Assembly (NCBI GenBank): GCA_964016885.1
Contig: OZ024756.1
Coordinates: forward strand, 15,004,001 to 15,068,000
DNA from: Eledone cirrhosa
Lineage: Eukaryota
Length of the DNA: 64,000 bases
Direction: 5' to 3'
Made by a program: the position numbers and the translations under genes. The notes under the pieces were generated by a model that worked only from the letters and a program-made list of their open reading frames with translations, was not told the origin of the DNA and did no database searches. Below are positions 13,332-25,342 of this stretch, piece after piece (position 1 is the stretch's first letter; every line of letters starts with the position of its first letter).

Positions 13332-14246
13332 AATGTGTGTCAAGCTTGGTCTGGTAGAGTCCATCGTGTAATGTGTGTCAAGCTTGGTCTGGTAGAGTCC
13401 ATCGTGTAATGTGTGTCAAGCTTGGTCTAGTAGAGTCCATCGTGTAATGTGTGTCAAGCTTGGTCTGGTGGAGTCCATCGTGTAATGTGTGTCAAGCTTG
13501 GTCTGGTAGAGTCCATCGTGTAATGGCTGTCAAGCTTGGTCTGGTGGAGTCCATCGTGTAATGTGTGCCAAGCTTGGTCTGGTAGAGTCCATCGTGTAAT
13601 GGCTGTCAAGCTTGGTCTGGTGGAGTCCATCGTGTAATGTGTGTCAAGCTTGGTCTGGTAGAGTCCATCGTGTAATGTGTGTCAAGCTTGGTCTGGTAGA
13701 GTCCATCGTGTAATGTGTGTCAAGCTTGGTCTGGTGGAGTCCATCGTGTAATGTGTGTCAAGCTTGGTCTGGTGGAGTCCATCGTGTAATGTGTGTCAAG
13801 CTTGGTCTGGTAGAGTCCATCGTGTAATGTGTGTCAAGCTTGGTCTGGTAGAGTCCATCGTGTAATGTGTGTCAAGCTTGGTCTGGTAGAGTCCATCGTG
13901 TAATGTGTGTCAAGCTTGGTCTGGTGGAGTCCATCGTGTAATGTGTGTCAAGCTTGGTCTGGTAGAGTCCATCGTGTAATGTGTGTCAAGCTTGGTCTGG
14001 TGGAGTCCATCGTGTAATGTGTGTCAAGCTTGGTCTGGTAGAGTCCATCGTGTAATGTGTGTCAAGCTTGGTCTGGTGGAGTCCATCGTGTAATGTGTGT
14101 CAAGCTTGGTCTGGTAGAGTCCATCGTGTAATGTGTGTCAAGCTTGGTCTGGTGGAGTCCATCGTGTAATGTGTGTCAAGCTTGGTCTGGTAGAGTCCAT
14201 CGTGTAATGTGTGTCAAGCTTGGTCTGGTAGAGTCCATCGTGTAAT
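13332..14246. repeat. 38-bp minisatellite, 24 copies
   Basis: Unit AATGTGTGTCAAGCTTGGTCTGGTRGAGTCCATCGTGT, contiguous, with no spacers. Confidence 0.95.
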
Positions 14247-14339
14247 GGCTGTGTATTCCAGAAACGTGCATCGTTTAAAGTAGTTTTCAGAGGAATTCAG
14301 GTTGTACAGGTACAGCCCATCTTGTATCTTTAGTTTACC

Positions 14340-14635
14340 CTCACAGTAGTTCTCAGGGAGATTCAGCGAGACGGAATGTCTGACTAGCTTAACTCTTTCA
14401 ATTACAGTCCACCTTCTATTATAGCGTAAGTGGCTGGTCATTCCACAGATGTGTGTCCTTAAAGTAATTCTCAGGGAGATGCAGCGATAAAGAGTGTGTG
14501 TGACAAGGCTGGGCCTTTGCATCATAGGTACAATATATACATCTTTGTCAGCTGAGTAGACTGGATCAACGTGAAATAAAGTATCCACAGGAATCGAACT
14601 CCCGACCTTACGACCGTCAGTCAAACACGCTAAAC
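14340..14635 (-). mobile_element. Diverged SINE of a second type
   Basis: GTTCTCAGGGAGATTCAGCG body twice and a reverse B box GGAATCGAACTC. Related pieces lie at 27630-27728, 55200-55397 (+) and 56680-57060. Confidence 0.6.
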
Positions 14636-14789
14636 AATGAGGTAACCTTTATGTTATTTTATAAAACTTCGTATAAAAACAATATTAAAGAGAACAAAAA
14701 AAAGGAGGGGAGGAGGTGAAAAGAAGAAACATCAAAAAAGAAGGAAGCAACGAAAGGGAAGGGTCAGACACTACACCCCAGTCTTGGCG

Positions 14790-15225
14790 GTGTTTCATAT
14801 GGGCCCCACCGACAAAATTGCAAAGATATTAACGGAGAGAATGGCCAGAAGACCCGCTGAAACAGCTATCACACCTCACCGGGTTCCATCCTCAAGCGGG
14901 TCACTCGTCTTTCCGACTCAACGGAGGAAATCAGCAGTGCGGGGCCTGAGGACGCCTGGCGTCTCGACGGAGACCGGTACGAAGAGGAAGTGGTGGGCCA
15001 GGCCCCGCTAGTTAACTATCTCTGTGGGCAGTGGAGCTCCGGTTTGTAGTAGAAGCGACAAGGCAAAGAAAGGGTCGCAGCACCACCACGTTATTAAATT
15101 CAACATATGCCATTTCTAGTAACAGCTAAAGTTTGTGGGTCCAACCGGATCAGTCGGAGACGGTTGCCTCTGACAGAACTTGCTGGAAGGGGTGTTTGAG
15201 GACTCAGCACCCACGACCCTCTCAG
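14790..15225 (-). mobile_element. Decayed 3' end of a CRE-type non-LTR element (restriction-like endonuclease domain)
   Basis: Minus translation RGLAHHFLFVPVSVETPGVLRPRTADFLR...LFQRVF/AILSVNIFAIL matches the KY..L....F.P.AVET.G...QR....GN signature, with stops and frameshifts. Confidence 0.6.
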
Positions 15226-16496
15226 AAATAAGAAGAAGAAAGAAAAAAAGAAGAAAAGAAAAAGAAAGAAAGAAAGAAAAAGAAGAAAAAAAGAAAAAGA
15301 AAAAAGGAGAAAAAGAAAAAAAGAAAGAAGAAGCTAAAGTTTAGTAACGACCAAATACAACTTTAAATTGTCATTTAAAAAACAGTTAAAGCTTTGGGAA
15401 GACCAAATCAATTTATGAACAGGAAATATAAAAGAAACAGCAAAATTATATTTTGGAAATTTTACACAAAGATTTCATGATTTTACAATTGAAAAGATAT
15501 GACTGGAGTGTTTATGTACAAATAAATGGTTTTCGAATGAATACAATGGCATATATAGTTCAGTTAAGTTCAGACTTATAGATTATACATCGTGCAAACG
15601 AGCTAGAACAAAAGACGTGCAGACTTCAGAGTCTTATAATAAAATTTAAAAATAATAATATTATTCTCGTGGTAAAATAAGCAAACCATGTTAAATTATG
15701 TGTGAATAATTGACATTAGAACATTGAGACAATACAGTAAATATGCTAGCTATGATAAAGTTGATAATACTTGTGTGTTTTTAAATAGCTAAGAGGGCTC
15801 TTCCACGCAGTAATTGTCTTAGTACAAATAATTGTTTCTACTATTGGCACAAGGCCAGCAATTACCCAGTACATTACTGGTACTTTATTTTATCGACCCC
15901 GTAAGGATTAAAGGCATGGCACAAACCAACAATTATCCCAGTGCATTACTGGTAATTTGTTTTATCGACCCCGTAAGGATGAAAGGCAAAGTTAACCTCG
16001 GCAGGATTTGAACTCAGACCGTAAAGGTCCGTAACTCTATGCTGCAAAGCATGTTGTCCGACGCTCTACCGATATTGCGATACTGCCAATCCATCACCCT
16101 ACAAATAATTATTTCTACTTTTGGCACAAGGCCATCACCCTACAAATAATACAAATTAAACTAACAATACTACACATAGCTCCCACATTATCACTATTAT
16201 AATGATAAGTATCGGTAGAGGGTCGGACGCCATGCTTTCCAGCATAGTTACGTCCCTTTACGATCTGATTTCAAATCCCGCCGAGGTTGACTTTGCCTTT
16301 CATCCTTACGGGGTCGATAAAATAAAGTACCAGTAATGCACTGGGTAATTGCTGGCCTTGTGCCTAAAATAGAAACAATTATAATGATATATGTCGTGGT
16401 GATAATGGCGGTGGATAATGTGAGAGAACGCTCTCCAGCGTATGACACTTCGTAGTCCCAGTAGACAGACAGAATAGAGAAAATATTACCCCTGAC

Positions 16497-16858
16497 CAGC
16501 GGTCACCAACATTTCGGACTACTGAATTCATAATTTTAAATCCCACGGACCACTAATATAAATTTTTTTAAAAAGATCAATACATTTGTAAAATAATGAT
16601 CAGAGAACTTCTATTTTATTAAACAATACTGAAGTGTACGTGTGTCATATTGTCGATAGATGATACATATGTGTAAAATTCTTTCATGGATGTTAGTTCT
16701 TTACTGAGGAGAAACATTTTTAGGGATGTTATAAAATTTATTTTAACCGAATATTATTTTTGTTTTATTATTAATAAAACATAAAAATTACAAATAATGT
16801 CCAAATTTTTCTGCAGATAACCAACATTTTCTCTCGGACTACCGGTTGGTGACCGCTG
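16497..16858. mobile_element. hAT-type MITE
   Basis: Perfect 14-bp TIRs CAGCGGTCACCAAC/GTTGGTGACCGCTG. The 8-bp flanks CCCCTGAC and CCCATGAT match at 6 of 8. Confidence 0.8.
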
Positions 16859-17899
16859 CCCATGATGGTAGCGAGGAAGACGTGTTGAAATAGTCATTCC
16901 ATCATGTGTAGTTCACTCCTGCGGGTGGCCAACTCCATCTCTATAGCAGCGAGTAAAAAGGTAATTTGGGGACCAAGAACACACGAAGTTTCCACCGCTA
17001 TAGTTTCAACGACAAAACTATAGGATATCTTGTGACAAACCTTTCAGCTTGTCGGGCAAAAAACACATGAGTAGGAGATTAAACTACGACATTAGAAAAA
17101 AAATTTCTTATGGCTTACCTTCTGCGTGCAGAACAAATAGTTAAGTGGTGGTTGACATAATGTAATGGACCCCCCTCCAAAAAAAAATGATCATTAAACT
17201 GAATTGAAATTATATCGGTAATGAGGACGAAAGCAGAGCGAAAATGTGAGTGGGAGAAGATGGGGAGAGGAGAGGGGTAGGAAAAATGTCCGTGAAAAAC
17301 GTGTCTCTGTGTATGTGTGAGAGAGAGACGGTGGTTTGTGTGCGTGAGAGAGAAAGAGAGAACGTTTCTCTCTTTTTTTTTCTCTATTTATCTCTCTCTC
17401 TCTCCCTCCCTCCCCATGTCTTTCTCTCTATCTATCTATCTATCTATCTATCCATCTCTCCTTTTCTCTGTATATATATATATATATATGTGTGTGTGTT
17501 TATGTAAAAATGATAAGTGAATACGTTGCATGGCGGATATAAAAACTCTTCGTAAATCCCAAACCAGTCCAACATCCGGTAGATATAAAAACCATGGAAT
17601 AAAACATTGTATGTAGCCCTTATTTCCAGGAACATTTTTAATGAAATTTTCCGGTGAGGGAAGACGTGTTGGTTTCTTTTTTAAATATCAAATAGCTTTA
17701 GGTTGTGTCGTCTGCTCATTAAAATACGTCTAACGACAATTGGGACGACATTGTTAATACTTGTAGTAGCAAACTGTGAAATGTTTGGGGAAACAATGAG
17801 TGTAATTAGAACCTCAGACGTTATGGGAACTGAGATGGATGATGGGATTGAGTGGGTCCTTCTAAACCTTTTATTTTACTAATATTATGTTTAGAGGAA

Positions 17900-18650
17900 T
17901 CAAGAAATTGTGGGAGTATTGTCAAGAGGTTTATTCTTGTTTTGTAGACCTCGAAAAGGCATATAACTTGCTGTGGAAGGTTCTGCTGGAATATGAGATC
18001 GATAATCAGCTCCTTGCTGCTCTGATATCTCGATACGAATGCCTGAGTTTTGTGTTCGGATAAATGATTCTAAATCGAAACCATTCAATGTTGTAGTCGG
18101 ACTCTGCCAAGCGTGCATTCTGTCACCTCTTCTGTTCATTATTTACATAAACAGATTGACATGCACAACCGGGTTGGAGATAGTATCAAGACTGTTGAGT
18201 ATAAAATTAGTCGGCTGGAATTTGCAGACGAGATGGTGTTACTTAACTCGGAAGGAGGTGATCTCCGACTTCCACTGGATAGGTTTGATGCCAAGTGCTG
18301 CATGGTTGGAATGAAAATCAGTGCTGCGAAAACTGAGACACTTGTCCTCTCAAAGAGGCCTGCCCAGTGCACACTACATGTGAATAGAGTTCCACTGAGG
18401 AAGGTAGAGAAGTTCAAGTACCTCGGGGCCGTGTTCACGAGTGATGGAAGGCAGGAAGTTGAATTAAGTGCAAGAATTGCAGGAGCTGGTGCAGTAATGT
18501 GCCAGCTTCCGGATTCGGTAATCAGAAGAAGGGAGGTAGGTGTAAAAGCCAAACTCGATTTCTTCAATTCAGCATTTGTGCCAACCCTTACCTATGGTCA
18601 TGAATCTTGGGTAATGACTAAAAGAATACAATCGCCAATACAAACGTTGG
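17900..18650 (+). mobile_element. RTE-clade LINE reverse transcriptase fragment (frameshifted)
   Basis: FVDLEKAY, GLCQACILSPLLF, LEFADEMVLL (YADD equivalent), EKFKYLG, PTLTYGHESW. Confidence 0.88.
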
Positions 18651-18788
18651 CTACATATATGTATCTGTGACTATGTCTAAATATATATATGTCCTTATGA
18701 CTTTCTTCTATATTCCCTAACGGTTGAGTAAACCTTAGACGGTAACTAATTGCTTTTTCTACCAATGAACTTACTTGCCACCGGCCTT

Positions 18789-19030
18789 CCCTTCACAACA
18801 TTTCTATCTTGACCGCTAGCCACGTGATGTTTTCCACCCCTTTTGAATTCGTTACTGACGGCAATCAATTTGGAAATGTTGGTCCTAACTAAGGGAATCT
18901 CCCTAACCCTAACCCTAACCCTTCACAACATTTCTATCTTGACCGCTAGCCACGTGATGTTTTCCACCCCTTTTGAATTCGTTACTGACGGCAATCAATT
19001 TGGAAATTTTGGTCCTAACTGAGGGAATCT
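18789..19030. repeat. 112-bp tandem duplication with (CCCTAA)3 at the junction
   Basis: Copies at 18789-18900 and 18919-19030 differ at 2 positions. Telomeric repeats occupy 18901-18918. Confidence 0.9.
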
Positions 19031-19354
19031 CTTGAAAAGCTCGGAGCCTTATGGATAATACGACGATTAGACATTTCTACAAAGTACGAGCGAAACTATC
19101 GATAGTAGGGATTGGGAGAATTTTTGGTAACCTTTATCTATTTTCTTCTTCAAACTTACATTTTAGACTTAGCTCCGTTTAATTGAGTATTTTTCTAGTT
19201 AATTTCTACAGACTTAGAGGAAAGACTAGGTAAACTTTATCTGACTCTACCTCATAAAGGAATATTGGTAACATTTATCTGTTATTTCTTCAAAGTTACA
19301 TTTTAAACTTAGCTCCGTTTAAATGATTATTTATCTGGTTGATTTCTCCGGACT

Positions 19355-19563
19355 AAGAAGAACAAAGTGGATAAAACTATACGAACACGCCAGACAAAAA
19401 CATGACGTTAATACAGACAACATAGAAATTAAAATAATATCGAAGCATAGAAATGACTCAACAGGTAGGCAAATCGCAACTGAGATAGAACTAAGAAAAC
19501 CGAAGTTGAACAGAAAACACGAATGGAATAACAACAACAACCATACCCAAACAAAGGGAAATA

Positions 19564-19594
<31 letters not shown>

Positions 19595-20020
19595 ATACAG
19601 AAGTACAATAACAACAAAGACACATAAACACACATTAGTGAACAAAGATAGAATACAAAAACACATACACTCAAAAAGAGGAAACTCACACGCAAACGCA
19701 TGCACAAACAGAGACAGAGACAAGGATAAATACATTAATTAATTAAATAAAGATGGCGTAGGCATTACAATACAACGGGAGGAAACATAATAGTACCACT
19801 GATGATGTCACAGATGTGTGACGAAAGAACTTTGATAGACTATATATATATTTATATCTGTATTTTTAACTGTTGGGTAATCAATGATAAACATTGATCG
19901 CCAGATAAATTAACTATGGAGATATAAAAGATACAGAAGCGAAAACCAACCAAACAGTGAGTGTGTTCTGTTATTATTTCTGGCAATATTATAACAATAT
20001 GACCCTCCTCATATATAACA
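19355..20020 (+). mobile_element. Penelope-like element 3' end: GIY-YIG C-terminus plus HHR-containing pseudo-LTR (pLTR)
   Basis: LYEHARQKH..IKIISKH...RQIA.EI..KPKLNRKHEW fits the Penelope endonuclease C-terminal pattern. CTGATGA-T-GTCACA gatg TGTGAC-GAAA lies at 19799-19826. Confidence 0.7.
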
Positions 20021-20028
20021 ATATATAT

Positions 20029-20076
<48 letters not shown>

Positions 20077-20214
20077 AGTGTTACGGGAAGTTACTGTAGG
20101 TTCACCCGGGTGAGCACTCGATGTTTAGGTTCACGTCAGTAGCGAAGTCTAGAGCTAGACAGAGTGTAATATAATAATACAAGGACAATTTGTTAAGCCT
20201 TCATTACATTTAAT

Positions 20215-20336
20215 GATTGGTGACGCGCGTTTCGCTATTGATCAGCTCAAGGTTCGATCTATATCCATCTGGCCCGACTCTAGAATCAAAAGCTCGTAGG
20301 ACCTCTGTTGTAGTAATGACAGAATTTGTCATTACT

Positions 20337-20342
<6 letters not shown>
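20215..20342 (-). ncRNA. Degenerate HHR with terminal hairpin
   Basis: Minus strand: CT-ACGA-GCTTTTGAT...ATCAATAGC-GAAA-CGCGCG-TC. A perfect hairpin TGTTGTAGTAATGACA/TGTCATTACTACAACA lies at 20307-20342. Confidence 0.45.
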
Positions 20343-20395
<53 letters not shown>

Positions 20396-20432
20396 TTTAT
20401 AAACAACAACCAAAGACTGTTTAAAACATTTA

Positions 20433-20480
20433 ATCGCTTACGATCGTTTCATCCTAACACAAGGTCGTGTCATCGGAGTA
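20433..20480 (-). ncRNA. HHR-like motif with CCGATGA core
   Basis: Minus strand: ACT-CCGATGA-...-GAAA-CGATCG-TA-AGC. Confidence 0.45.
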
Positions 20481-20689
20481 TATAATAAAGGTTGAGCAAA
20501 TATATCAGAAGTTTGTCATAAGAACATTAAGAGGATACATAATATGGGAAGTAAGCATAAGTATCGACATTCATATAAGAAAAGATAGTAAAGGTGGTAG
20601 AAGAAACATGAAAAATATGAGCATATAAATGCAATAAAATAAAATTAGGAGCAGCTAAAAGCATTAAAAACTTTGAATTAAATTAAATT

Positions 20690-21560
20690 TATTATATAGG
20701 AATGAGATTTTTTCCACTTTTTAAACCTAGTAACTAACTTATACCAATGTAGAGTTATACCTTATTTTTTTTTAAACATTAGTATTGCATTTTTATAGCA
20801 TCCCCATTCTGATCCCTTCAATTTTTATTATAATTTATTATAACCACCCGTTCACATTTAGGCATCGTATTATTTTATTATATTATTATATTATTTTATT
20901 ATATTATTTTTAATAAGCCCCACTTTTATTTGAATTTATTTTTGCTAATATTATACTATATATTAACCATTACCTCACTCTCTATTTTTTCAGTAGTATA
21001 TCTTCAATAGGTATATAATTTATTAATATTTAATTAACTAGTATAATTTTTTATCCTTTGATATTATTTAACATCTGTATATAATTTTTTTAATAATACA
21101 TAGCATTTTAGTATACACTGATAAATTATTTTATTTGTATTTTGTAAATATATTATTTTTAAAATAATTTTTAACAGTTCTTTAGTTCTATAATCATTGG
21201 CCCTAAATAAGTTTTTTAAGTAATTACATCTTGACTTACTAAAAAAATAATTTTCAACAGTTCTTTAGTTCTATAATCATTGGCCCTAAATAAGTTTTTT
21301 AAGTAATTACATCTTGACTTACTAAATACTTATTTTTCCCTTTAATAATTTGAAACTCTCTTATAAAAGATATTTATGAATTACCTCCCTTTTATTCTTA
21401 ATTTTGTATCAACTGTCAGCTAACGATAAATTTTCAAAGTCTATATTAAGATGGAGTTATTTATGCATATAAGACTTTCTTCCCTCTATTCATTCTATAG
21501 GCTTGTTTGTGTCTGGCTGGTTCGTCTTCAGATTTGATGTAATTTTTGTTGTTTTAACAC
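20690..21560 (-). mobile_element. Possible highly decayed Penelope-like ORF; contains an 84-bp tandem duplication (21160-21325)
   Basis: A-rich minus strand with LYIGIS/TRFKKWKKSH (GIY-YIG-like) upstream of the HHR-like motif at 20433. The support is weak. Confidence 0.28.
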
Positions 21561-21693
21561 TGGTCTGACGATCAGGCAGACTTGGAGTCTGGTCAGGGAT
21601 GATCCCAGATCAAGAGCCGGCTGCCTGGGAAACATTTGTAACCGGGTTGAGCAATAAATCTCATATGTAACACTTCCACTTTGTTATTATATA

Positions 21694-21726
<33 letters not shown>

Positions 21727-21728
<2 letters not shown>

Positions 21729-22108
21729 AAGGCGGGTAAAATTCCCGAGATCCATGGACGAGTTCTCTCCAGCGGTCTCTGTCCCTCATTATCGCTGCCA
21801 TGTCCTGCGTCTCCAACAGACCAGTGTCTGTCCTTAGGGCATCAACATACGTTAACCTTGGTCTTCCTCTTCTAGTGTGTCCATGTAGGGGCTCCCACAG
21901 GAGCACTGAGTGCAATGTCAACTCTGGATGTCGGTGAGCATGTCCAGCTAACCTCAGTCTCCTCTGTAGTGGAGTCTGTGCTGCTGTATGGGTCTGAGAC
22001 TTGGACACTGACCAAGAAACTCACTCAGATGGTGGATGGGTGCTACACGAGAATGCTGAGGATGGCTCTGAACATTAATCAGTATACACTGAGGATGAAA
22101 ACTCAGAG

Positions 22109-22110
<2 letters not shown>
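21727..22110 (-). mobile_element. RTE-type LINE 3' fragment with inverted 5' segment
   Basis: Minus 21727-21966 encodes RRLRLAGHAHRH..LLWEP..GRPRLTYVD. Plus 21963-22105 encodes SVVESVLLYGSETWTLTK..GCYTRMLR. Both flanks are (TA)n. Confidence 0.85.
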
Positions 22111-22142
<32 letters not shown>

Positions 22143-22146
<4 letters not shown>

Positions 22147-22280
22147 TTAATTAATTAATTATACTATTTATGGTTATGTAAATACAAAAACCTTTTGCAG
22201 TTATATATATTTTTTTATACAAACCCTAAATAGTGGTAGGCAGTAATATATTACTACCTTATTACCAGTAAGTTAAGTAA
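22143..22280. repeat. (TA)n-embedded dispersed repeat, second copy at 33805-33925
   Basis: Shared ATACTATTTA.GGTTATGTA...AAACCCTAAA.AGTG...ATTACTACCTTATTACCAGTAAG. Confidence 0.7.
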
Positions 22281-22298
22281 TATATATATATATATATA

Positions 22299-22590
22299 TT
22301 GTTATACTTGGGGAGGGTCATATTGTTGTAATAATATTGCCAGAAATAATAACAGAACACATTCACTGTTTGGTTGGTTTTCGCTTCTGTATCTTTTATA
22401 TCTCCACAGTTAATTCATCCGATCCTCAATGTTTATCATTGACTGACCAACGGTCAAAAATACAGATATAATATAGATATAAACACATATATATAGTCTA
22501 ACAAAGTTTTTTCGTTGCACATCTGCAACATAATCAGTGGTACTATTATGTTCCTCCTGTTGTATTGTATGTCTACGCCATCTTTATTTT
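22299..22590 (-). mobile_element. Solo copy of the pLTR seen at 19745-20020, opposite orientation
   Basis: Alignable over ~280 bp. HHR-like CTGATTA-T-GTTGCA gatg TGCAAC-GAAA at 22537-22510. The terminal motif ATGACCCTCCC.AAGTATAACAA also occurs at 40315 and 46305. Confidence 0.78.
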
Positions 22591-22852
22591 ATCGGTTTAT
22601 TTACATATATATGTGTGTGTGTGCGTGCATGTGTGTGTGTGTAATTGTTAGGATGTAATTGTTCATTAGAATATTAGAACAATGGTTAATAGAGACGAGG
22701 AGGAGGAAGAAGAAGAAGAAAATAAGTCAACATTTGTTTTATATTAGAATAAATGCATTGATTATTGTGTAATGTGTGAAGCAGGTAAAGTGTTTCACAG
22801 GTGAACTGTCTACCGAATACAAAGCTACTGGGGGCTGGTATATGTGTGGAGG

Positions 22853-22944
<92 letters not shown>

Positions 22945-23285
22945 CTGTGAATGTGTGTGTGTATGTGTGTGTGTGTGTGTGTCTGTGTATGTGTGTGTGT
23001 GTATGTGTATGTGTGTGTATGTGTGTATGTCTGTGAGTGTGTGTGTGTGTATATATGTGTGTGTGTGTATGTGTGTGTGTGTGTATGTGTATGTGTGTCT
23101 AAGTGTGTGTGTATATGTCTGTGTGTGTGTGCGTGTGTGTGTGTGTGTATTTATGTCTGTTTCTCTAAGAGTATGTATCTAAGTCCATGTGTGTGTATGT
23201 CTATGACTGTATGTGTACGAGTGTGTGTGTGTGTGTGTGTGTTTATGTGTGTATGTCTGTGAGTGTGTGCGTATGTGTGTGTGTA

Positions 23286-23328
<43 letters not shown>

Positions 23329-23347
23329 GTCTAAGTGTGTGTGTATA

Positions 23348-23378
<31 letters not shown>

Positions 23379-23790
23379 TTATGTCTGTTTCTCTAAGAGT
23401 ATGCATCTAAGTCCATGTGTGTGTATGTCTATGTCTGTATGTGTACGAGTGTGTGTATGTGTGTGTGTGTGTGTGTGTATGTCTGTATCTAAGTGTATGT
23501 ATGTTTGTGTCTAAGTATTCAGCCAGAAAGTGTACGTGTGTGTGTCTGTGTGCTGTCTATGCATGTACGTTTGTATATGTCTGTGTGTGTATGTGTGCGT
23601 ATGTGTGTGCCTCTGTATCTAAGTGTATGTATGTATGTGCCCAAGTATTCAACCAGAATGTGTCTATTCTCCTCAAAACTAATCTTTTAGTTGTTGTCAG
23701 TTTAATAGAATAATTAAACATCATTCTTCTTTTAGGAAGCCATCTTGTCTCATAACATATTCAGTTGAAATTGGCTTGGAAAGAAAAGTA

Positions 23791-23882
<92 letters not shown>

Positions 23883-24125
23883 CCCAACTTGTAGAAAACT
23901 TATAATGAAACAATTGTTTGGAAAGGGAGATATATTTTAATTATGTCTCTTATAAAATAATACTACTGGCTATCCGCAAAATACATATAGTTAGCACCCC
24001 AAACGTAAAATTGGGATTATACTAAGGTATATCGTAATGTTTGTTGAGTGAGATGGAAGCCAGTCAGAGTATAGCTTAAAGCTTTCTCTGTTAATGTATT
24101 GAATATATATATATATATATATATA

Positions 24126-25190
24126 TAAGAGACGTAAAATAAGAAAATTATAAAATTAACTTACTTACTAAAATATCACTTCCAACTAATTAGTTTATGG
24201 AATGGAGTAAATATATTTTCCGAAGAATAATATCGAGAAGCATTCCGTCGTCAGGAAAGTCTATTCTCATGTAAGTTTCTAGGCAAAGCGAGGACACTGG
24301 AAACTTATTAAAAAATAATTCAGTGGATAGGAAATAGCGAAGCGTGGACTGAATTCCAAGCCATTGAGAAAATCACTGCCTCTACGTCTGTGGCAAATTC
24401 AAAAAGAATCGAACACGTGACATCGAGGTCAATCAGTGGAAAGTGGTTTGCTAATAAGACAGCGGCCTGCCTACAACCGTAGCAGCAGTCATGGCCAATA
24501 TTGCTCGACAAATAATTTGGAGATAATAATAAAGAATTCATATCTAGTAACATATATATACATACAGATGCATATCAATGCTAGCAAATATATAGGTTTT
24601 GTCTTAATAACAGTGTGGTTCAATGCATGGGGTTGCAGAACAATAATATAAGAGACGTAAAATAAGAAAATTATAAAATTAACTTACTTACTAAAATATC
24701 ACTTCCAACTAATTAGTGTAGGCAGGCCGCTGTCTTATTAGCAAACCACTTTCCACTGATTGACCTCGATGTCACGTGTTCGATTCTTTTTGAATTTGCC
24801 ACAGACGTAGAGGCAGTGATTTTCTCAATGGCTTGGAATTCAGTCCACGCTTCGCTATTTCCTATCCACTGAATTATTTTTTAATAAGTTTCCAGTGTCC
24901 TCGCTTTGCCTAGAAACTTACATGAGAATAGACTTTCCTGACGACGGAATGCTTCTCGATATTATTCTTCGGAAAATATATTTACTCCATTCCATAAACT
25001 AATTAGTTGGAAGTGATATTTTAGTAAGTAAGTTAATTTTATAATTTTCTTATTTTACGTCTCTTATATTATTGTTCTGCAACCCCATGCATTGAACCAC
25101 ACTGTTATTAAGACAAAACCTATATATTTGCTAGCATTGATATGCATCCGTATGTATATATATGTTACTAGATATGAATTCTTTATTATA
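24126..25190. repeat. Complex inverted duplication A-x-B-a-A'-B' in (TA)n, carrying a degenerate HHR
   Basis: 24127-24475 is the reverse complement of 24717-25065, and 24527-24716 is the reverse complement of 24998-25188. CTGACGA at 24938 is followed by CGGAATG..CATTCCA-TAAA-CTAATTAG. Confidence 0.88.
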
Positions 25191-25208
25191 TATATATATA
25201 TATATATA

Positions 25209-25342
25209 CGTAGGTCCCGGGTTGAGTCGGGGATAACCACAGTAAGTAAGGTACTCAATACATGGCAGAGTAAAATTTTTTTATTCCTGAAGATTTCATC
25301 TGAATGAAACAGTACTAGTCCTGTAGAAGCTCCTTCTATAAA
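25209..25342. mobile_element. Family B element, rearranged (inverted tail then forward HHR)
   Basis: TTC-CTGAAGA(25287)-TTTC atct GAAT-GAAA-CAG tactagtc CTG-TA-GAA, preceded by the reverse-complement tail. Confidence 0.68.

Noticed and set aside
13332-14246. CRISPR-like array (38-bp repeats); likewise the arrays at 4005, 32261, 52823 and 59013
   Set aside because: The units are contiguous with no unique spacers, there are no cas genes and the context is eukaryotic.
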